From an uncultured Candidatus Micrarchaeota archaeon (GTDB taxonomy: Archaea; Micrarchaeota; Micrarchaeia; Burarchaeales; Fermentimicrarchaeaceae), in NCBI GenBank assembly GCA_903884505.1, contig CAISET010000015.1, positions 10,819 to 74,818 on the forward strand: DNA of 64,000 nucleotides. The letters are read 5' to 3'. Below, in pieces: positions 1-9,064 of this stretch. Below the pieces are notes generated by a model. It saw nothing but the letters and a program-made list of their open reading frames with translations, made no database searches and had not been told where the DNA came from. How positions within the stretch are numbered: position 1 is the stretch's first letter; every line of letters starts with the position of its first letter. The translations under genes and the position numbers were made by a program.

Positions 1-1052
1 GCCTCCTTCCTATCATAGATGAACCTCTTCTCAACCCCGTGCTTCCTATAGAGCGCCTGCACGCAGCACGCTGCGAGCGGAATGCCCTTGTAGGCTGGGC
101 CGAAAACCACATCGAACGAATCCTGCAGGTTATTCGCAATTATGGCGTCAGCGTAAGCCGCGCCAATCCTTGTCATTGCCTTCCCGGAATCCAGGTTCCC
201 CGTATTGAAGAAGTAGGTAGATTTCCTCCCGCTCTTCAGCGTGAAGTCGCCGAACTTCAAAACGTCCTTCTCAATCAGGATGGAGAGGAGCTTGTCATCA
301 AACGGCTCGCCCTTCTCCTTCACGGGCTTCCTTATCTTCAAGGCTGCATTCACCTGCTCGCGAATCTTCCTCGCCTCATCTGCAGGCGTTTCCGAGTTCA
401 TTATGCTCCTTCCAACGATTGCGAAATCCGTCCCGGCTGCAACCGCCTTGTCCGCCTCCCCCCCTTGCGCACCTATTCCAGGCGAGAGGATGAGCGCGTC
501 CTTTGCCTTGAACCTGATGTGCGCGGTCAGCTCGTACTGGTTGCCCGGCGCAATGACCGCAGCGACCCCGACCTGCCGTGCCATCTCCACGAGCTGGTCC
601 ACCTCAGTCTCCCTGAAGAGGTGGCCCTCGCTGCTCATCGCAACGAGCATGAACACGCCCCGCTTCATCTCGTTAGCGACATCAACAATAGCCTTAACCG
701 CCGGCTTCCCCGGGAACCCGTGGCAGGTGATTGCGTCATACCCCTGCTCGAAGTAATATTTCGCCTTGAACCCATTCGTATTGTCGATATCCGCGAGCTT
801 CGCATCAAGAATCACAAATGCGTCACCCGAGAGCTTCTTCAGCCTCTCAATCGCCTCCTTGTGCGTCATTCCCCAGAGCGCCGGGTGCTCCACGTGCATC
901 TTTATCGCGACAATCTCCCTGCTCGCTTCCCGGACAACCCGCTCGACGTTCCTCCAGCCCACATCATCGGCCGCAAGGATTAGCCGCGAATCCCTCTTCT
1001 TCGCAATCTCCAGGAACTTCTTCTTGAACTCAAGCTGCATGTTCTCTTCCAT
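1..1052 (-). CDS. pyrF-pyrE: Bifunctional OMP decarboxylase / orotate phosphoribosyltransferase (PyrF-PyrE fusion), 3'-truncated by window edge
   Basis: Not in the ORF track; translated by hand from ATG 1052 (AGGTGA RBS upstream). OMPDC motifs DAKLADIDNT, SPGIGAQGG, IVGRSI continue in frame into OPRT motifs KFGDFTLKSGRKSTYFFN and FDVVFGPAYKGIPL...DRKEA. Confidence 0.92.
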   Translation of the reverse strand, partial: MEENMQLEFKKKFLEIAKKRDSRLILAADDVGWRNVERVVREASREIVAIKMHVEHPALWGMTHKEAIERLKKLSGDAFVILDAKLADIDNTNGFKAKYYFEQGYDAITCHGFPGKPAVKAIVDVANEMKRGVFMLVAMSSEGHLFRETEVDQLVEMARQVGVAAVIAPGNQYELTAHIRFKAKDALILSPGIGAQGGEADKAVAAGTDFAIVGRSIMNSETPADEARKIREQVNAALKIRKPVKEKGEPFDDKLLSILIEKDVLKFGDFTLKSGRKSTYFFNTGNLDSGKAMTRIGAAYADAIIANNLQDSFDVVFGPAYKGIPLAACCVQALYRKHGVEKRFIYDRKE

Positions 1053-1071
1053 TCTTTCACCTCGAAACCGC

Positions 1072-1090
1072 AGGGGGACTTCGTCCCCCT
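1072..1090. repeat. Perfect 8-bp hairpin AGGGGGAC-TTC-GTCCCCCT in the pyrK/pyrFE spacer
   Basis: Inverted repeat read directly; same C-TTC-G loop as the hairpin family elsewhere in the window. Confidence 0.7.
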
Positions 1091-1117
1091 TCAGTTCCAC
1101 GCTCCTCCTGATTCCCC

Positions 1118-1891
1118 CTACGACCTCATTTCCTTTCCGCAGGCATCCCTTCTCAGGCTGCCAAACTCCTTCATTTTCGCAATCTTCTTCCCGTCGAAAA
1201 CAGGCCCGTCCCTGCAGACCAGCATGCCGTCAATCGCGCACTGCCCGCAGACGCCGAACCCGCATTTCATGAACCTTTCCAGCGAGGCCTGGCATTCCAC
1301 GCCTTTCTCCCCGCAAATCCCGACCACCTTCTTCATCATCATCTCAGGCCCGCAAGTATAAACGCAATCAAGCTTCTCTTTCCCGAGCAGTTCGGCGAGC
1401 GCATCCGTGGTGAAGCCTTTCCTCCCATCGCTCCCGTCATCCGTGCAGACAACCACTTCCGCACCCGCATTCCGCGCCCTCTCAACGAAGAACAGCTCGC
1501 CCTTCGTCTTCGCGCCAACCACGAAATCCACTTTCTTCCCAGCCTTCCTCAGCTCATCAACCAAGAATCCAAGCGGCGCGCTCCCGCACCCGCCCCCGAC
1601 AACTGCAACCTTCTCCCCCTTCATTTTGAACCCATTGCCAAAAGGCCCCCTGATTCCAACCTGCTCCCCAGCCTTCATCTGGTGCAGCCTCTCGGAGAAA
1701 GCCCCGACCTTCGCAACCGTAACCCAGGCCTTTCCCTCCACGCACCCGCTCAGCGAAAATGGCTTCTCATTCATCCCGGGAACCCACACCATCGCGAACT
1801 GCCCAGGAACAGCCTTCATCCCCAGCTCAAGAATTAGCGTCTTAATCCTCGGGTTCTCTTCCCTCACCTCAAGAATCTTTGCCATTCTCAT
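1118..1891 (-). CDS. pyrK: Dihydroorotate dehydrogenase electron transfer subunit
   Basis: PGQF, RGPFGNGF, GGGCGSAPL, CGPEMM, MKCGFGVCGQC...VCRDGPVF [2Fe-2S] motif; adjacent to pyrD. Start moved to ATG 1891 to avoid overlap with pyrD. Confidence 0.93.
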   Translation of the reverse strand: MRMAKILEVREENPRIKTLILELGMKAVPGQFAMVWVPGMNEKPFSLSGCVEGKAWVTVAKVGAFSERLHQMKAGEQVGIRGPFGNGFKMKGEKVAVVGGGCGSAPLGFLVDELRKAGKKVDFVVGAKTKGELFFVERARNAGAEVVVCTDDGSDGRKGFTTDALAELLGKEKLDCVYTCGPEMMMKKVVGICGEKGVECQASLERFMKCGFGVCGQCAIDGMLVCRDGPVFDGKKIAKMKEFGSLRRDACGKEMRS

Positions 1892-1901
1892 TTCGCGCGG
1901 C

Positions 1902-2822
1902 TTACCTGTGGGCAATTCCAATCAGCTCCTTTGCGGACGAGAAGCCATTCTTCCCCATCCACTCCTCCATCTCCTTCGAAATCTTCCCGAAAACCTTGAA
2001 CCCGCCACCTGCAACAGCGCTCCCGATTCCAACTGCCGTTGCGCCGGCCATCATCATCTCGAGCGCGTCTCTCCCAGAGCATACCCCGCCAGTTCCTATG
2101 ACTGGAATTTTCACTGCTTCGTAAACATCCCACACGCATCTCACGGCAATCGGCCTTATCGCAGGCCCGCTCACTCCGCCTGCCTTGTTCGCGAGCACCG
2201 GCTTCCTCGCCTCCAGGTTGATTATCATCCCGGGCCCCAGCGTATTCCCCATGTTAATAACATCTGCGCCCGCTGCCTCAACCGCCTTCGCAACTTCTTT
2301 CAGCAGATGAGTATTCGGCGACAATTTCGCTATGAGCGGAATTCCGCTCACCCTCCCTTTCACCGCCTTCACAGCCTCGGCGGCATGCTCCGGCTCATAG
2401 GCAAACGGCACCCCGCTCTCCCTCATCGTGTTCGGGCAGGAAAGATTAGCTTCGAGCATCGCCGGTTTCGCCTCCGCGAGCTTCGCAGCAACATCCCCGA
2501 ACCCCGCCACATCCTTCGCAAAGAAGCTTCCAATTACCGGCGCCTTCACCATTTTCACAGCAGCAGCCAAATCCTTTGCCCCTTCCTCCATTCCGGGGTT
2601 CGAAAGCCCGACCGCATTCACAAGCCCGCACTCCCATTCCAGGACAGTGGGATTCGGGTGTCCACTCCTCGGCTCAGGGCCTATTGACTTCATGGTCACA
2701 GCGCCAGCCCCGCCTTTCGCCGCCCTCTTCAAAGTCGCAGCGCTGACCCCCACTATGCCTGAGGCCAGGATAAGCGGCTTCGACAGCCTCACCCCTGCCA
2801 GTTCCACACCAAGTTCCACCAT
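1902..2822 (-). CDS. pyrD: Dihydroorotate dehydrogenase family 1B, catalytic subunit
   Basis: KSIG, NAVGLSNPG, NLSCPN (catalytic Cys), KLSPN, GGVSGPAIRP, GTGGV. Confidence 0.95.
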   Translation of the reverse strand: MVELGVELAGVRLSKPLILASGIVGVSAATLKRAAKGGAGAVTMKSIGPEPRSGHPNPTVLEWECGLVNAVGLSNPGMEEGAKDLAAAVKMVKAPVIGSFFAKDVAGFGDVAAKLAEAKPAMLEANLSCPNTMRESGVPFAYEPEHAAEAVKAVKGRVSGIPLIAKLSPNTHLLKEVAKAVEAAGADVINMGNTLGPGMIINLEARKPVLANKAGGVSGPAIRPIAVRCVWDVYEAVKIPVIGTGGVCSGRDALEMMMAGATAVGIGSAVAGGGFKVFGKISKEMEEWMGKNGFSSAKELIGIAHR

Positions 2823-2879
2823 TGGCTAACCTCGGGTAATAAGACGACCTAAACCCTTACGAGGGGCGGCTATAAAAAG

Positions 2880-3527
2880 CTACCGCGAGGCCTTCGCCTC
2901 AGCAATCCTTCTCTTAAACTCCGCAACCCTTCCCGCAATGTCCTCGTTCCCAACCACATCGGAAATTGCAGCAACTCCGTCAGCGCCCGCCATAATTGCC
3001 TCGGTGCAGTTCTCAAGCGTTATCCCACCGATTGCAACAACAGGAATCTCCGCATTCCTTTTCTTCACTTCCGAAATGGCATTGGCGCCAACCGCCCATC
3101 CCGCGTCCCTCTTCGTTTCCGTTGGAAATATGGGCCCCAGGCCGACATAATCCGCCCCTATCTTCGCAGCCCGCAATGCCTCTCCGGGGTTTCTCGCCGA
3201 AACTCCGACAATCTTCCCCTCGCCCATCGCATCGCGCGCAATCGGGTAGGGCGTGTCCCCCTGTCCGACATGCAACCCATCCGCATCTACGGAAACCGCC
3301 ACATCAACATGGTCGTTCACTATGAACAGCACCCCTTCCTTCCTGCAAAGCTCTGCGATGGAGTGCGCCTGCTGTATTATCTCAGGGAGAGGCAAATCCT
3401 TCTCCCGGTACTGCACAATCTTCGCCCCGCCCTTAATGGCATCGATGACCGTCTCAATGACGGGCTTTTTCGAGAGCCTTCTGTTGGTTATGAAATAGAA
3501 ATCAAGCGTCCCTTCCGGAATCTTCAT
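2880..3527 (-). CDS. thiE: Thiamine-phosphate synthase
   Basis: VQYREK, IVNDHVD, GLHVGQGD, GPIFPTETK, VAIGGI. Confidence 0.95.
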   Translation of the reverse strand: MKIPEGTLDFYFITNRRLSKKPVIETVIDAIKGGAKIVQYREKDLPLPEIIQQAHSIAELCRKEGVLFIVNDHVDVAVSVDADGLHVGQGDTPYPIARDAMGEGKIVGVSARNPGEALRAAKIGADYVGLGPIFPTETKRDAGWAVGANAISEVKKRNAEIPVVAIGGITLENCTEAIMAGADGVAAISDVVGNEDIAGRVAEFKRRIAEAKASR

Positions 3528-4324
3528 CCAATCACCTCAACGCGCGCCATCCGTTTCACATCGTCCTCGCCAAGCGAATAAACCTCATCAATCAGCGCAC
3601 TTTTGAACGCCATGGGCGCCTTCGCCCTCTTCGCAGCGAGCTCGCCCGCAATCCCGAAGCAGGCGAGGGCAGCAGCAGCCGCCTTCGCATAATCCTTCTC
3701 AACTGCGCAGAATGCGCCAATCATCGAGGCTGCCATGCACCCGGTCCCCACGACCCTCCCCATCATCTCATGCCCATTGTCTATATTATATACTTCTCCG
3801 GAAGGGCTCGCAACGACATCCCTCTTCCCGGTAATCACAACGGTCGCACCGCTCGCCTTCGCAAGCTTCTTCGCAATCGCATCCAAATCCCCTTCAACGC
3901 TGACCGCCTCAACGCCCTTCGTTTCAGCCTTCGCCCCCGCAAGCGTCCCAATCTCGCTCCTATTCCCCTTAATCACTGCCAGCTTCACCTTCCCCATTAT
4001 CTCCTTCGCCTTCTCCGTTCTCAGCTTCGTCGCCCCGACTCCGACACCGTCAAGAATTACGGGCACTCCCTTCGCATTCGCCATCCTTCCAGCGGAAACC
4101 ATCGAGGAGACAATCTGCGGGGTCAGCGTCCCAATATTGAGCACGAGCGCCCCGGAGATTCCTGCCATCTCGGCCGACTCCTCCTCCGCGTGCGCCATAA
4201 CCGGGAGGGCGCCCACCGCCCTCGTAATCGCCGCGCACTCGTAGATGGTCACCCAGTTGGTGATATGGTGCACTAGCGGCTTTCTCTCCCTCACCCTCGC
4301 AAGAATTCCGCTTATTTCGGCCAC
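3524..4324 (-). CDS. thiM: Hydroxyethylthiazole kinase
   Basis: PLVHHITNWV, GALPVMA, LNIGTL, IKGNRSEI, VVGTGC; 4-bp overlap with thiE. Confidence 0.95.
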   Translation of the reverse strand: MAEISGILARVRERKPLVHHITNWVTIYECAAITRAVGALPVMAHAEEESAEMAGISGALVLNIGTLTPQIVSSMVSAGRMANAKGVPVILDGVGVGATKLRTEKAKEIMGKVKLAVIKGNRSEIGTLAGAKAETKGVEAVSVEGDLDAIAKKLAKASGATVVITGKRDVVASPSGEVYNIDNGHEMMGRVVGTGCMAASMIGAFCAVEKDYAKAAAAALACFGIAGELAAKRAKAPMAFKSALIDEVYSLGEDDVKRMARVEVIG

Positions 4325-4369
4325 GGACCAATTTCACTCCAATCCCTTTTAATCCTTCTTTCCGCCGAT

Positions 4370-4393
4370 TTACCCACTTCCGGGTAATTACCC
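4370..4393. promoter_or_regulatory. Interlocking palindrome TTACCC-N6-GGGTAA-TTACCC in the divergent thiM/ECF promoter; candidate operator
   Basis: Sequence symmetry and intergenic position next to TTTTATTA. Confidence 0.4.
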
Positions 4394-4423
4394 TTTTATT
4401 AGTGCATCAGCCAAACCTTCCAC

Positions 4424-5269
4424 ATGAAAACCTACGACATCGTGATAGTCGCGCTGCTCGCGGCAGCCGCGGCCGTATTCCAGCTGGCGCACGGGATAAT
4501 CGGAATCCCGACCGGCTTCGGGATGACGGTCGACCTCGTGGCCGTCCCCGTTTTGCTCGCGTTCTTCATCTTCGGCCTCGAGCATTCCCTCTGGGTGCTG
4601 CTCATCGCCTCCATCGTAATCACGCTCGTCGCGCCCGACTCCTGGCTCGGTGCGAGCATGAAGTTCTCCGCAACCCTCCCCATGGTCCTCATCCCCGCGT
4701 TCTACCTCCTCTCGCGCGAGAAGAAGGCGAGCTTCCCGCTGCTCGCCGCGCTTGCGGTTTTCGCGGCATTCGCGGTTCTCGTGCTTCCCGGCTCCGCGAA
4801 CATTGCCGCGCAATCCACTGCCCTGCAGCTGAACCGGACCTCCGCCTATTCTGTTCCGGGCTTCTCGCTCCAAGGGACCGAGGTGATAAAGGGCACCACT
4901 GTGACCGCAGGCATGCTCCTCCTCGGGCTCCTGCCCATCGCCGTGCTAATACTCCTCTCCGCAGTCCTCCTCTACATCTGGAAGAAGTATGCGGGGGCGG
5001 TCGCGCTCAAGCCCCTCAGGAACGCGCACATAGCCATAGTTGTGCTTGTCGCGGCGCTTGCAGTGAGGGCCCTTGCAACCGTGGTCTCCAACTACTATTA
5101 CGCCGGGCCGCTCTTCTTCGGGATGAGCACGGAAACATTCATGTCTGCGGTTCCCTGGTATTTGATAGCGGGCTGGAACTGCTTCCAGGGAATCCTCGAG
5201 TTCGGAATCGCCTGGGTGCTCGCCTACGGCTTCGGCTTTGCGAAGAGCTATGGTGATTGGGCTGGCTGA
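4424..5269 (+). CDS. ECF transporter substrate-binding (S) component, probably for thiamine or a precursor
   Basis: Multi-pass membrane protein with N-terminal AxxxA helix; precedes ECF A and T genes; divergent from thiM-thiE. Substrate inferred from context only. Confidence 0.75.
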   Translation: MKTYDIVIVALLAAAAAVFQLAHGIIGIPTGFGMTVDLVAVPVLLAFFIFGLEHSLWVLLIASIVITLVAPDSWLGASMKFSATLPMVLIPAFYLLSREKKASFPLLAALAVFAAFAVLVLPGSANIAAQSTALQLNRTSAYSVPGFSLQGTEVIKGTTVTAGMLLLGLLPIAVLILLSAVLLYIWKKYAGAVALKPLRNAHIAIVVLVAALAVRALATVVSNYYYAGPLFFGMSTETFMSAVPWYLIAGWNCFQGILEFGIAWVLAYGFGFAKSYGDWAG

Positions 5270-6086
5270 CGCAATCTCACTCGAAAATATTTCGTTCTCG
5301 TATTCCTCCAGCCCGAAGAAGATTCTCGATGGCATCACGCTGCGGATAGCCAAGGGGGGCTTTGTAGGCGTGGTGGGTGGCACGGGGGCGGGCAAGAGCA
5401 CGCTGCTCTACTGTATGAACGGCGTGATTCCGCATCTCGTGGGCGGGCGAATGGAGGGCTCCGTCTCCTTGCTCGGGAAGGATACGAGGAAGAACGGGCC
5501 CTCCTCGCTCGCCAAATCCGCAGGGATAGTCTTCCAGGACCCGGACTCCCAGATATTCGCGCTCAGCGTGAGGGAAGAAGTTGAATTTGGGCTCTCGAAC
5601 CTCGGGGTGAACGGGCAGGAGCGCACTTCCCGCGTGGAACAGGCGCTCGCAGAAACAGGGCTCTCGGGCCTTGAGGACGAGAACCCCCGCGAGCTCTCAG
5701 CAGGGCAGAGGCAGAAGGTGGCAATCGCCTCAGTGCTTGCCATGGACCCGGAAGTCCTTCTCCTTGATGAGCCGGTCTCGTCGCTTGACTGGCGGAGCGC
5801 CCGCGACATCTACGAGCTTTTGAAGGGGCTAAACCAGAAGGGGAAGACCATCGTAATAGTCGAGCACAATACTGAATGGCTTGCCGATTACGCCGACCGG
5901 ATAGTCGGAATAGCAAATGGCGGAATCACGCTTGATGGCAAGGCCGAAGAGATTCTTGCTGATGAGCGGCTCGAGAAGCTGGGGCTGAAGGTTCCCTGCG
6001 CAGTGCAGATCTCCTGCGAGCTCGGGCTTGGCGAATGCGCCCACACCCCGCGGCAGCTGGTCCGCATCCTGAGGGGAGTGAAATGA
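5250..6086 (+). CDS. ecfA: ECF transporter ATPase
   Basis: GGTGAGKST, VFQDPDSQIF, LSAGQRQK, LLLDEP, VEH. Confidence 0.9.
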   Translation: MVIGLADAISLENISFSYSSSPKKILDGITLRIAKGGFVGVVGGTGAGKSTLLYCMNGVIPHLVGGRMEGSVSLLGKDTRKNGPSSLAKSAGIVFQDPDSQIFALSVREEVEFGLSNLGVNGQERTSRVEQALAETGLSGLEDENPRELSAGQRQKVAIASVLAMDPEVLLLDEPVSSLDWRSARDIYELLKGLNQKGKTIVIVEHNTEWLADYADRIVGIANGGITLDGKAEEILADERLEKLGLKVPCAVQISCELGLGECAHTPRQLVRILRGVK

Positions 6087-6156
6087 TAGCTTACAGGAAA
6101 GGCGCACCAGTCCAATCCGCCCTGAGGGGAGCGAAATGATAGGCTACAGGAAGGGC
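6068..6156 (+). repeat. Tandem duplication (period 53 bp) of the ecfA/ecfT junction creating an 18-aa mini-ORF at 6083-6139
   Basis: cctgaggggagtgaaatgatagcttacaggaaaggc (6068) vs cctgaggggagcgaaatgataggctacaggaagggc (6121). Confidence 0.8.
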
Positions 6157-6819
6157 AGTTCGTTCCTCCATTCTCTGGACCCAAGGGTGAAGCTCTTCTG
6201 GCTCATCCTCCTCTCCCTCTTCCTAGTATTTCTCAGGGCTCCAGCAATTGCCATTTCCGCAACGCTTGCAAACCTCATCCTTCTCCAGCTCTCAGGCATA
6301 ACGCCTGCGGACTTTTGGAAGGACATGCGTGGAATCCTCATCTTCGCTTTGATTCCAATCCCCCTCCAATTATTGGCGGTCGGAAGCCTCCAGCTTGGCA
6401 TTCTCAACTCTCTCATCCTCATCAACCTGCTCTCCAGCGCCTTCCTATTCATCTCGACAACAAAAGCCGGCTCATTGATTGGCGCCCTTTCGTGGTTCCG
6501 CGTTCCCCCCTCCCTTTCCTTCGCAATCGCGCTCTCCCTCAGCTTCATCCCAATTCTCCAGGACGACCTGCACAAGGCAAGGGTTGCGCAGGCGGCAAGG
6601 GGAGGCAGGCTCACAAAGCCCTCGAGCGTAATCCCCACTATAATACCGCTCTTCCACGGAATCTTCTCCCGCGCAAGAACACTCTCGATTTCATTGGACG
6701 CAAGGGGTTTCGACCCGGAGAAGAAGATGGAGGTGAGGCTTGCAATGAATGCCAGGGACTATGCCTTCCTCTTCTTCGCCTTCGCCTTCCTTTCAGCGCT
6801 TGCGCTCACAGCCTTTTAA
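6136..6819 (+). CDS. ecfT: ECF transporter transmembrane (T) component
   Basis: SFLHSLDPRVKL, AQAARG and LDARGF motifs. Confidence 0.9.
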   Translation: MIGYRKGSSFLHSLDPRVKLFWLILLSLFLVFLRAPAIAISATLANLILLQLSGITPADFWKDMRGILIFALIPIPLQLLAVGSLQLGILNSLILINLLSSAFLFISTTKAGSLIGALSWFRVPPSLSFAIALSLSFIPILQDDLHKARVAQAARGGRLTKPSSVIPTIIPLFHGIFSRARTLSISLDARGFDPEKKMEVRLAMNARDYAFLFFAFAFLSALALTAF

Positions 6820-6843
6820 ATTTGAGTTGAGCGAAAATAGGGT

Positions 6844-9018
6844 ATGTATAAGCAGGCCGTTTCCGCTGCACAGGATGAAAAGGCAAAACCGAACGGCAGG
6901 CGCCTTCTTTCCTCTCTCGAAGCCGAACAGCTTCTCAATAAGTACGACATCACCCTGGCAAAGAGCATGATGCTCCCGCTCGGCGAGATAAACGAATTCA
7001 CGCTGAAGGCCGCTGCCAAGCTCGCAAGGGAGTTCGCAGACGAAACCAAGGGCACATTCGCAATCAAGCTCATTTCGCCCGACGCAGTCCACAAGTCCGA
7101 CGAGGGCTTCGTCCGGCTCGGCGTGCGCCCGAAAAAAATCGAGGACGCACTCTTCGAAATCTGCTCAAGCGCGAAAAGCAAGAACTACAAGATTGAAGGA
7201 ATCCTCGTGCAGGAGATGGCAAAGGAAGGTCTTGAGCTTTTCGTTGGCGGGAAGCAGGACCCGCAGTTCGGCCCCGTGGTCGTCTTCGGCGAGGGCGGCC
7301 TTCTCGTGGAATACCGCAAGGACCTGCATATGAGAATTTGCTCGGTGAACGGCAGCGACCCCGTGGGCATCAGGATGGACATAGACGAGGCGCGCCGGCT
7401 CATAAATGATGCTGCCATAGTCGAGGTGATGGGGGGCATCCGCGGCCTTCCGAAAAGGGATGCGGAGGCTGTCGCCGGGCTTCTCGTAAACGTTGCTACG
7501 CTTCTCTGCGAGCATCCCGAAGTGAAGGAGCTTGACCTCAACCCGGTAATCTCGCACAAGGAGGGCTATTCAATCGTTGATGCAAGGATAGCCGTAGGCG
7601 GTCCCGAGGGGCTCGAGCTCAGGCGCGAGACCGGGATGGATGCGGAGAAGAAGTTGGAAGGCCTGCGCCAAATCATGCACCCGAAAAGCATCGCGGTCAT
7701 CGGCGCCTCAGAGACCAATCCGACCTGCAAGGCAATCGTTGAGAGGATTAAGGGCTCGAAATTCGGGAAGAATGGCGGGCAGTTCTACCTCGTCAGCAAG
7801 AGGTCTCCGGAAAAGGAAACCATCTGTGGCATGGAATATTTCGGCAGCATCTCCGAAATTCCCGGCAGCGTGGACCTTGTGGTAATCGCGGTCCGTCCCG
7901 ACATAGTGCCGGAGATGCTCAGGGAATGCGGGCGCAATGGCGTGAAGGGCGCAATAATAATCACGGACAAGTTCAAGGAGGCTGGCTTCGCGGAACTGGA
8001 GGAGGAACTCGTGAAAGCCTCAAAGGAGAGCGGCGTCCCATACATCGGCCCCAACTGCGTGGGGGTCATCAACCAGCGTTCGGGCGTGGATACGATCTTC
8101 ATTCCCCACGAAAGCTTCCTCGTGCCCGAGAAGCCCGGTGGCATAACCGTGGTCGCGCAGAGCGGCGCGATGGGGGTTTCCACGCTGCGCATGCTGGTTG
8201 GCAGCGGCATATCCTTCGCAAAGTTCATCTCAGTCGGCAATGCCTCCTGCATCAACACCGTCGACCTGCTCCGTTACCTGAAAGACGACCCTGAAACGGC
8301 CGTGATAACTCTCTATGTGGAGGGACTCCCGAACGGCAAGGAGTTCATGCAGCTTGCGCGGGAGGCCAGCGAAACGAAACCGGTCGTCCTGCTCAAGGGT
8401 GGCAAGTCCGACGCAACCTCCAAGGCAGCCAGCTCGCACACCGGCTCCGCAATAGGTTCCTGGGCCATATGGGAGGCCGCGCTCAGGCAGGCCGGAGTGG
8501 CTAGCTGCGGAAGCCTCGCGGAGCTTGCCGCAGTCTCAACCGCATTTGCCACGCAGCCCGTTTCAAAGGGGAAGAGGGTCGGCGTTGTCACAAATGCCGG
8601 CGGATTCGGAGTGCGGATTGCGGACGAGCTGGATGCGAGCAGGCTCGAACTGCCCCAACCCGGCGATGAGTCGAAGGGCAACCCGCTCGACCTACTGGGG
8701 AATTCGGACACCGAAAGTTTCCTGAAGGCGGTGGAAGCTTTCCTCAAGGACCCGAACTTCGATTGCGTAGTGATAGCGCCGGTCTTCGGAACCGCGGGCA
8801 TCGACGTGCAGGGGCTGGCAGAAGGGATACTCAAACTTTCGAAGGACACCAGGAAGCCCATCATTGTGAGCACGCCCCTCCACGGGCCGGTTGAAGGCTT
8901 CGCGAGAATACTCGGGGAGAACGGCATACCAGTCTGCATCTCGGAAAAGGCCACTGCCAAGGTAGTGCGCTCCCTCTGGGCGCGGGGAAGGTTCCTCGAG
9001 CGCTGCAACGGGAACTGA
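6844..9018 (+). CDS. Acetate/acyl-CoA ligase (ADP-forming), beta-alpha fusion
   Basis: N-terminal ATP-grasp (HKSDEG, DPQFGPVV, ELDLNP) then CoA-binding (PKSIAVIGAS, IGPNCVG) and phospho-His motif AASSHTGS. Confidence 0.9.
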   Translation: MYKQAVSAAQDEKAKPNGRRLLSSLEAEQLLNKYDITLAKSMMLPLGEINEFTLKAAAKLAREFADETKGTFAIKLISPDAVHKSDEGFVRLGVRPKKIEDALFEICSSAKSKNYKIEGILVQEMAKEGLELFVGGKQDPQFGPVVVFGEGGLLVEYRKDLHMRICSVNGSDPVGIRMDIDEARRLINDAAIVEVMGGIRGLPKRDAEAVAGLLVNVATLLCEHPEVKELDLNPVISHKEGYSIVDARIAVGGPEGLELRRETGMDAEKKLEGLRQIMHPKSIAVIGASETNPTCKAIVERIKGSKFGKNGGQFYLVSKRSPEKETICGMEYFGSISEIPGSVDLVVIAVRPDIVPEMLRECGRNGVKGAIIITDKFKEAGFAELEEELVKASKESGVPYIGPNCVGVINQRSGVDTIFIPHESFLVPEKPGGITVVAQSGAMGVSTLRMLVGSGISFAKFISVGNASCINTVDLLRYLKDDPETAVITLYVEGLPNGKEFMQLAREASETKPVVLLKGGKSDATSKAASSHTGSAIGSWAIWEAALRQAGVASCGSLAELAAVSTAFATQPVSKGKRVGVVTNAGGFGVRIADELDASRLELPQPGDESKGNPLDLLGNSDTESFLKAVEAFLKDPNFDCVVIAPVFGTAGIDVQGLAEGILKLSKDTRKPIIVSTPLHGPVEGFARILGENGIPVCISEKATAKVVRSLWARGRFLERCNGN

Positions 9019-9064
9019 CGTCTCCCAGCTTATTATTTAAGCAACCGAAGCGAAAAAATTAGCG

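Noticed and set aside
39..2687. Long plus-strand ORFs (39-983, 1407-2687) and many similar ORFs across the window
   Set aside because: Antisense shadows of well-supported genes, expected in GC-rich DNA.
4325..4423. TPP riboswitch upstream of thiamine genes
   Set aside because: No CTGAGA core or aptamer stems seen on either strand.
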